From a virus (lineage: Duplodnaviria > Caudoviricetes), in IMG/VR virus record IMGVR_UViG_3300038412_000083, positions 1 to 64,000 of that record: 64,000 nucleotides of DNA; one strand, written 5' to 3'. This document shows, in pieces, positions 58,113-64,000 of the stretch. The notes beneath the pieces were generated by a model, which saw nothing but the letters and a program-made list of their open reading frames with translations, had not been told where the DNA came from and made no database searches. Both the position numbers and the translations under genes were made by a program. Numbering within the stretch: position 1 is the stretch's first letter; each line of letters begins with the position of its first letter.

Positions 58113-58331
58113 ATGGAAACGACAATTTTAAAAAAAGTAAAAGGTTCTACAATGGTAGATATATTTAATTTTTCAAAAACTTTAAATGTAAGGTACTACA
58201 AAGCATTAGACCTTCCAGAAGTTCAAGACTATAGCCCTGAAAAGGTTTATAAATTTGAAATTAACATAAGGCATTCAGAAGGAACAGATGCAAATGATTT
58301 ATTTCAAAAAGCGATAAAAGAAAAACATTAA
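58113..58331 (+). CDS. Hypothetical protein
   Basis: 72 aa. Confidence 0.6.
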   Translation: METTILKKVKGSTMVDIFNFSKTLNVRYYKALDLPEVQDYSPEKVYKFEINIRHSEGTDANDLFQKAIKEKH

Positions 58332-58901
58332 CCCCTTAACCCCTGCAAGCCTAAGCAGCCCAACCAATGGCAAATACTATGACCAGAAAAATAAATGGAC
58401 GGGTACGACAATTTAAGCCCGTCCTCACGATCAAAGAAATTATTTCAATCTTGTTAATGATCTTATCTTTTATCTTAATAGGTGTAATAGCATGAAAATA
58501 CAACTAATTAAATTCGGGCATTTCCCGGAAACCGCCGAAAGAATTTATGATCCTCGATTCAGGGCTCTAAGTTTAGAGCAGATCCTGGCAGAAATAGATA
58601 AAGAGCATACATACAAGAAAATATTCCTTAACAAAAACACAGCAACAATATTTTTAATAAAATAAATTTACAATCATGAACATCTTTAAAAGGTTTTTTA
58701 AAAAAGTAACTCCCTGCATCCATGAAGGGGATTTGGCAGAAATTAGGCAGGTAAGAGTTGAAAATGGTAGGTTGGTTGGATTCAAGATAAGAACGCCTGA
58801 GCTACTTGAATGTAAAAAATGCGGAGCAACAAAAAGAACTATGATATGAAACTACCACCCTTCGTATTTATTGCACCAAACGAAGATTAAAACTTTTAGC
58901 C

Positions 58902-59957
58902 ATGTATTACACAACAACCACCAACAGTCAAACCTTTCAACCGGCCAATAAACAGAGAACGCTATTTTTGCCCCTTTTTAGCCTCATGGCTGATAAAATG
59001 CGTGAAGGCAAGTTATTAACGCCGGACGGTAACAAATACAGCCATAACACAGTCAAGAATTATCAAACAGATATAAAAGCCTTTAAAGCATATCAGGAAG
59101 AAACAGAAATTATTTACCTGGAGGAGATTTCTATTAAGTGGGCAGAAGATTTTAATATTTGGATGATGGATAAAGAATATAGTAAAAATACTATTGCCGG
59201 AACACTCCAACGCATTAAAGCCGTTTTGCGCCGTTTAAAGCATGAAGGAGTTACAACATTCGACGGATCCGGAATAAGAGCGGCAACAGAACAAACAACA
59301 ACCGTATTTAATACTATTGAAGAATTGAAGACACTACTGGAAGCTGATTTTTCAGATACACCGGGATATGACAGAGTAAGAGATATTTACGTGATTCATT
59401 GTTTTCTTGGCCTTCGCTTTTCTGATCTTGCTATTTTGCTTGCAAATCCTAAAAACTATTTAAGAGAGATGGGCGGCAAACTGTACTTTGAAATCAAGAC
59501 GCAAAAGACGGGTGAGATTGTTTTCATCCCCGTTTCGAGGTCTGTTAAACAGGTGTGCGACAGATACCAATGGAATTTCGGGGATTTATTCACCTACCAG
59601 TATTACAACGAAGCAATCAAAGAAATAGCAAAGAGGGCCGGATTAACTGAAAATATAGTATTCAGCAGGACGGAAGGCGGGAAAAGAGTAGATAAGCAAG
59701 TTCAGAAGTTTGAATTAATGAGTAGCCACACCGCCAGGCGAACATTTGCGACCAATGCGCACTTATCAGGGATAGCAGAAAGAGATATTATGTTAATCAC
59801 CGGCCACAAGACAACGGCCAGCTTTTATAAGTATATCAGGAGCAGCAGCATGGAAAACGCTATTAAGATTGCCAACCACAACTTTTTCAACTTAGATATG
59901 CCGGTAACTATTAGCTTGCCGCAGGAAGTAAAACAAGAACTTAAACTATTATTTTAA
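58902..59957 (+). CDS. Second tyrosine recombinase (SAM-like core-binding plus catalytic domain)
   Basis: GLRFSD, QKTG, SHTARRTFAT, TGHKT and FYKY motifs; no obvious arm-binding domain. Confidence 0.92.
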   Translation: MYYTTTTNSQTFQPANKQRTLFLPLFSLMADKMREGKLLTPDGNKYSHNTVKNYQTDIKAFKAYQEETEIIYLEEISIKWAEDFNIWMMDKEYSKNTIAGTLQRIKAVLRRLKHEGVTTFDGSGIRAATEQTTTVFNTIEELKTLLEADFSDTPGYDRVRDIYVIHCFLGLRFSDLAILLANPKNYLREMGGKLYFEIKTQKTGEIVFIPVSRSVKQVCDRYQWNFGDLFTYQYYNEAIKEIAKRAGLTENIVFSRTEGGKRVDKQVQKFELMSSHTARRTFATNAHLSGIAERDIMLITGHKTTASFYKYIRSSSMENAIKIANHNFFNLDMPVTISLPQEVKQELKLLF

Positions 59958-59980
59958 ACAATTTTTAATACCTTTGGTTT

Positions 59981-60283
59981 ATGATTTTCGATAAAGAACC
60001 CTTTATTTTTGTTGAGGCGACGGAAACCTTACCGGGCGCAGGTTTTATACTATCAACAAAACCACCTTTTTATATCGGGAGGGTAATAAAGATGAATCGC
60101 GAGGACTACACAGAAAAAAATTATGTGAATTGTGAAGGTTACAGCGTGGTAATTCTTGCCGCCGGCTCATTACTCCCCGGACATACTGAGGATATTAGAA
60201 TTGTACTTGCTAAGATGGCAAACTACTATTCACAATTTAAAATACAACGATACGAAGGAAGATTTAAAAGATACAGATTATGA
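59981..60283 (+). CDS. Hypothetical protein, paralog A
   Basis: LPGAGFILSTKPPFYIGRV...EGYSVVILAAGSL...MANYY. Confidence 0.7.
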   Translation: MIFDKEPFIFVEATETLPGAGFILSTKPPFYIGRVIKMNREDYTEKNYVNCEGYSVVILAAGSLLPGHTEDIRIVLAKMANYYSQFKIQRYEGRFKRYRL

Positions 60284-60630
60284 GGCTACCTAAATTTTCT
60301 TTCATTCAGTCCGATATTGACCTGCCCGGATGCGGTTATATTCTACATGGTGAAGAACGACCCTATTACTTTGCGCGAGTTGTGAAATTTGGAAACCAGA
60401 TGGACCTAACGGTTGCACTCAACAACGATAAAAAATTATGGATCAATAAACAGGTAGAGGGTTATTCGATCTTAATCGTCCTGGCTGGCTCTCTTGAAGG
60501 CAAAATTTACGTTTCTGCAGAAGGGACTGGTAATTTAGAGCGCATGGTAAAAGAAATGGCTGAATGGTACTTAAAACGCCATATTTTAACTAATCAAAAC
60601 AAATTTAAAAAATATGAACTCAGTATTTGA
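60280..60630 (+). CDS. Hypothetical protein, paralog B
   Basis: LPGCGYILHGEERPYYFARV...EGYSILIVLAGSL...MAEWY. Confidence 0.7.
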   Translation: MRLPKFSFIQSDIDLPGCGYILHGEERPYYFARVVKFGNQMDLTVALNNDKKLWINKQVEGYSILIVLAGSLEGKIYVSAEGTGNLERMVKEMAEWYLKRHILTNQNKFKKYELSI

Positions 60631-60931
60631 TGATCCCGAAGAAATAAAAGACGATCCCGAAACGCAAGCGATTGTTAGCACATTCACAGAAGCATTAAAG
60701 CAAGCAAGAATCGCTAAAGGTCTTTCGCAAATGAAGGTAAACCGGAATGCGCGTATTAGCCAAAAAACAGTGAGCGAAATTGAATCCGGCGGAAATTTTA
60801 AGATGAATAATTATGTTAAGCTGTGCCGCGCAATTGGTGTAGTGCCCGTAGTTAAGTTTTTAAAGTACCGGCCTAAAAAGCAAGCAGTGAATCAACATAC
60901 TCTTTCTTCCGAAGCGAAAGATAATTCTTAG
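60614..60931 (+). CDS. XRE-family HTH protein
   Basis: LKQARIAKGLSQ...ISQKTVSEIESGGN. Confidence 0.85.
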   Translation: MNSVFDDPEEIKDDPETQAIVSTFTEALKQARIAKGLSQMKVNRNARISQKTVSEIESGGNFKMNNYVKLCRAIGVVPVVKFLKYRPKKQAVNQHTLSSEAKDNS

Positions 60932-61415
60932 TTAAGTGTGTTTTATTGTAGATGAAGAAGGAAAGATAATCTTCGTCTTTAAGTTCGGTATTATCCTTTA
61001 TGAATTTACTAAACTCTTTTTTAGAACTTACCACATGGCTAAGGATAATACCGGATTTGAATATTTCGCCTGCAGTCGCTTGATTGTGCTTCGTCCAAAA
61101 CTTTTCTGAAAAGTCTTTATAATCTTTTGCACCATAAAAGTGCATTATTTCAGCAACACGGGCTAAGTGCTTATTAAATACGGTAACATTGGTATTAAAT
61201 CCCTTTGGAGTTATATCGTAGTAAGCAACTACCTTTTTTTGTGATTCATTGAGGTAAATAGTGGAAAGGCCACAGATAATAACCATACCAATATCGAGAT
61301 ACCGGTCTTTTTTTACATTGACACAGTTAAGGAACTGATCTGCTTTACCTGGCTCATGGTAACGCTTGAACGGTAACTGTTTCATCACTGCCGTTTCGAT
61401 TTCTTGAATTTTCAT
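60873..61415 (-). CDS. Hypothetical protein
   Basis: 180 aa; converges on the HTH gene. Confidence 0.65.
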   Translation of the reverse strand: MKIQEIETAVMKQLPFKRYHEPGKADQFLNCVNVKKDRYLDIGMVIICGLSTIYLNESQKKVVAYYDITPKGFNTNVTVFNKHLARVAEIMHFYGAKDYKDFSEKFWTKHNQATAGEIFKSGIILSHVVSSKKEFSKFIKDNTELKDEDYLSFFIYNKTHLTKNYLSLRKKEYVDSLLAF

Positions 61416-61704
61416 TGATAAAATTTTGGATTAACCCGGATTTGGATGCTTTAAAAAATATAGTGTTCCAGTCGTAAGTATTTACAATTTGCCCACTCAG
61501 GTTTATTTCACGCCTTTTAAATAACTGTCCATTTATTACTAAAGTAGAATCTTCCACCACCACGCCGGGCCGGTAGAAAGTGCCAATAAGATGTTCATCA
61601 CAAAGACTTCGTGAATAAGTTAGAAGGTAAGCCCGTAGATCGTCAAGATTAAATCTTTGATCGTCTGTTATTAGTAATCCAGTAGAGTAATTGAATCTAA
61701 CCAT
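61412..61704 (-). CDS. Hypothetical protein
   Basis: ORF track 61354..61704; its 3' end overlaps the next gene start. Confidence 0.55.
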
Positions 61705-61796
61705 TAAGCGGATATTGCTTTGGGTAGTAAAGATACATAGTGTACCTGAATTAACAATACTTTTTTCTCAAAAGGGGGAAAAAGATACACAATGTA

Positions 61797-61997
61797 TCAT
61801 CTTCCATCAATAAGCCAGTTATAAGAAACTTTAAATTTTTTATGTAAAATTTGCAACATTTCAATAGAAGGAAGATAGCGTTCATTTTCAATAGCATTAA
61901 CAGCAGAGCGAGTTATATTAAGCATCTTAGCATATTCAGGTTGTGTTAATCCGGCATTTTTTCGCACCTGTTTGAACCTTTTGCAAATCTCTTTCAT
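61797..61997 (-). CDS. XRE-family HTH regulator
   Basis: FKQVRKNAGLTQPEYAKMLNITRSAVNAIENERYLP...NWLIDG. Confidence 0.9.
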   Translation of the reverse strand: MKEICKRFKQVRKNAGLTQPEYAKMLNITRSAVNAIENERYLPSIEMLQILHKKFKVSYNWLIDGR

Positions 61998-62053
61998 AAA
62001 AAAACATTAAGTGGAAAAAGAAGGGGTGCAATAATAATACTAATTATTTATAT

Positions 62054-62533
62054 TTAATCATTTTTAATTAAATTTTCCAAATTCCTAATTACATTTTGAT
62101 AATTTAATGCAGTAAAAGTTAGCAACGGCCATCCTAAACTTTGAGCAAGGTTTGATTTATCACTATCCCGTGTTGCTCCAGCAGCAGAACTATGACCGCT
62201 TTTAGTTTTCATAAAAATTCCTCCCTGGTATTCAATGGCAGCTACAATATTTTCATTTGTATATTCAAACTCTCGCGCTTGTTTTTCAGTTACGCCTTTC
62301 ATTACCACAAAATCAAACCTGTATTTTCTTTTTTTATCGAACTTTAATTCAGGTATTACAATAAACCCTATCTTCTCGCACCAATATTTTAGCTGCCAGT
62401 GAATCCATTGAACTTCTTTACAATCGTTCCGGGCTTTTACTACTTTCTTTATCGTTTTTCCGGTATCAGGAACGAGGTGTTGATTTCTTGCGCCGCAGGG
62501 TGATTTTAATATTGCTTCTATGGTGGGTTTCAA
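62054..62533 (-). CDS. PD-(D/E)xK (Vsr/DUF559-like) endonuclease
   Basis: YRFDF...AIEYQGG...RDSDKSNLAQSLGW. Confidence 0.8.
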   Translation of the reverse strand: MKPTIEAILKSPCGARNQHLVPDTGKTIKKVVKARNDCKEVQWIHWQLKYWCEKIGFIVIPELKFDKKRKYRFDFVVMKGVTEKQAREFEYTNENIVAAIEYQGGIFMKTKSGHSSAAGATRDSDKSNLAQSLGWPLLTFTALNYQNVIRNLENLIKND

Positions 62534-62724
62534 AGTTTATTTTTTAACTGATGGTAACTTACATTGCCGCCTTCAATGTTCCATGACATTGTAGATCCTT
62601 TTACCTTAGCCTCAATTAATCTAAATTCTTTTCCAGGCATTAAATACTTTGGCTTTATAAAGCGATATTCCTGTTTTTCTATTCGGAATAGAAGTTTCTT
62701 TTTATCAATTAGTTGTATTGTCAT
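62530..62724 (-). CDS. Hypothetical protein
   Basis: 64 aa; starts at the end of the truncated attC half-site. Confidence 0.6.
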   Translation of the reverse strand: MTIQLIDKKKLLFRIEKQEYRFIKPKYLMPGKEFRLIEAKVKGSTMSWNIEGGNVSYHQLKNKL

Positions 62725-62753
62725 GTTGCGTAAATAAACGAGTTATACGGCAA
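62722..62753 (-). mobile_element. Left half of an attC-like site (truncated)
   Basis: TTGCCGTATAAC-TCGTTTATTTACGCAAC contains the YopX stop and complements the GTTATACGGC that opens the cassette. Confidence 0.7.
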
Positions 62754-63174
62754 TGCTCCCTGTCGAAATTAATTCAGGGTTGTCGTGGATGTTCCCGGCT
62801 ACTTCCATTTTATAAAGATTTATCTCTTCATTATGCCATTGAGAAGCGGCGCAAGAAATAATTTCTTTACCTCTATAAGTGTTTGGCATTGAAAGATAAA
62901 AACCTCCGATTGCGCCAATCCATTTTATAACATAAATTACTTCACTTTCACTTTTTAAAATATCATTCTCGAATATTTTTTTACCATTTTTATCTAATAG
63001 ATTTATGCACTGTCCTATTGTTTCAGGAATAACCTCATCCATGTGCATATCCTTATCAGTATTTTTAGATGTGAGAATCCAATGCTTACCATTGCGCTCA
63101 TCGATATACAAAAATCCATAAGTCCAAGTGTTATCAAATTTATCTTTGCCTCTAAATAAAATTTCCCTTTTCAT
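62743..63174 (-). CDS. YopX-family protein on a gene cassette
   Basis: MKREILFRGK...WTYG...PETIGQC...DKNGKKIFENDI...EVAGNIHDNPEL. Confidence 0.9.
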   Translation of the reverse strand: MKREILFRGKDKFDNTWTYGFLYIDERNGKHWILTSKNTDKDMHMDEVIPETIGQCINLLDKNGKKIFENDILKSESEVIYVIKWIGAIGGFYLSMPNTYRGKEIISCAASQWHNEEINLYKMEVAGNIHDNPELISTGSIAV

Positions 63175-63225
63175 GATTTTTATGTTTTTATAGTTTGAAA
63201 TAATTTTCTCGTTTACCGCATCGCC

Positions 63226-63358
63226 GTATAACAGCCCGTTTTGCGCAAGCAGGGCAGACCTGCAAGCGCTCAACATTTTTTCTCTAATCAACTTTAGTGC
63301 CTGTGCTGGGCAGACCGTTTTCAAATATCCTGCCTTCGCAAAGCGGAAAACGTAAGGC
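63226..63358 (-). mobile_element. attC-like site 2
   Basis: Left core GCCTTAC, inner box CTTTGCGAAGGCAGG pairing imperfectly with CCTGCTTGCGCAAAA, right core GTTATAC. Confidence 0.8.
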
Positions 63359-63362
63359 GCAA

Positions 63363-63725
63363 TTAAACCAATTCGTAATCGCTTCGTTTGTACCTGATAA
63401 AACGAACTCTGGTTTCCATTTCAATCGAACTTAAGATTCTGTTGGCAGCACGAAAACATACTTCTGCTACTATTTTATCTGGCAAATCGGCAATAGTAAT
63501 CATTACACTATTGTGGATTAGTTTAATGAAATTTCTTAACCGAGGAGATATTTTAATACCCATGTCTTTTAAGCTATCGAGACACACATAAACATCTGTA
63601 AAATGTATCAACAAACTGCGCCTTACATTGTGTTTGGCAATAGGCTTTGCAGACCTGCGAGTTTTGAACACCTGTTCGCTATCAACTTTAGTTCCAGCGA
63701 ACGAACTTTTATCAACTTTTTTCAT
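63363..63725 (-). CDS. Cassette-borne hypothetical protein whose reading frame starts inside attC1
   Basis: Cassette bounded by GTAAGGCGCA (63626-63617) and TGCGCCTTAC (63361-63352). Confidence 0.7.
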   Translation of the reverse strand: MKKVDKSSFAGTKVDSEQVFKTRRSAKPIAKHNVRRSLLIHFTDVYVCLDSLKDMGIKISPRLRNFIKLIHNSVMITIADLPDKIVAEVCFRAANRILSSIEMETRVRFIRYKRSDYELV

Positions 63726-63811
63726 TTTATGATCTTTTGGTTTTTAATTAATCTTTTGTTCCGGCTTGACGTGCGCTATTTCAGCCAATCGCCAAGCCCT
63801 GACCGTAAGGC
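63620..63811 (-). mobile_element. attC-like site 1
   Basis: TGCGCCTTAC...TTGGCGATTGGCT and AGCCTATTGCCAA...GTAAGGCGCA: paired outer cores and inner boxes separated by unequal spacers. Confidence 0.8.
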
Positions 63812-63817
63812 GCAAGG

Positions 63818-64000
63818 CTACTTTTCTCTATTCTTTACGTGTTCACAATAATGAAAATTATAATCAGAGGGATTGTTATAAATTCTTACATCTAACCCTT
63901 GCATAGCGTACTCTGTAAGCTCTTTTATCATTCTTTCATTTTCTTCAACATCAGTACCATCTATGAAGTCGGTGTGTAATGCTGTTACAGCAAAAACGCT
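63818..64000 (-). CDS. 3' end of a hypothetical gene (probable further cassette)
   Basis: Open frame ...DGTDVEENERMIKELTEYAMQGLDVRIYNN...KNREK* ends just before TGCGCCTTAC. Confidence 0.55.
   Translation of the reverse strand, partial: SVFAVTALHTDFIDGTDVEENERMIKELTEYAMQGLDVRIYNNPSDYNFHYCEHVKNREK

Overview
This is a 64 kb slice of a temperate Bacteroidetes podovirus-like phage; PKD/Ig domain style and TAnnTTTG promoters suggest a Chitinophagaceae-like host. It appears to be in the unintegrated state because an attP-like site has both arms. Left to right: early genes, a cI/cro-like switch, attP, a tRNA-like RNA and a tyrosine integrase (1-6.4 kb); minus-strand late genes for lysis, exported tail fibre/lyase proteins, capsid, scaffold, portal, terminase, a 2990-aa polyvalent ejection protein, nozzle and ring proteins, driven by five copies of a 54-bp promoter (6.5-44.9 kb); GroES-like chaperonins and a five-glycosyltransferase plus methyltransferase cluster (45-50.5 kb); small accessory genes; a gene-poor gap with a parS site and a sigma54-type promoter (53.3-54.6 kb); an early operon split by a hammerhead ribozyme; a second tyrosine recombinase; and an integron-like attC cassette array at the right end. 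The strongest leads are (1) a signal-peptide-bearing tail fibre with about 25 Bacteroidetes O-glycosylation sequons, next to other exported proteins and a phage glycosyltransferase cluster, suggesting glycan-cloaked virions, and (2) attC-type gene cassettes inside the phage genome. All assignments come from manual motif reading; no database searches were run.
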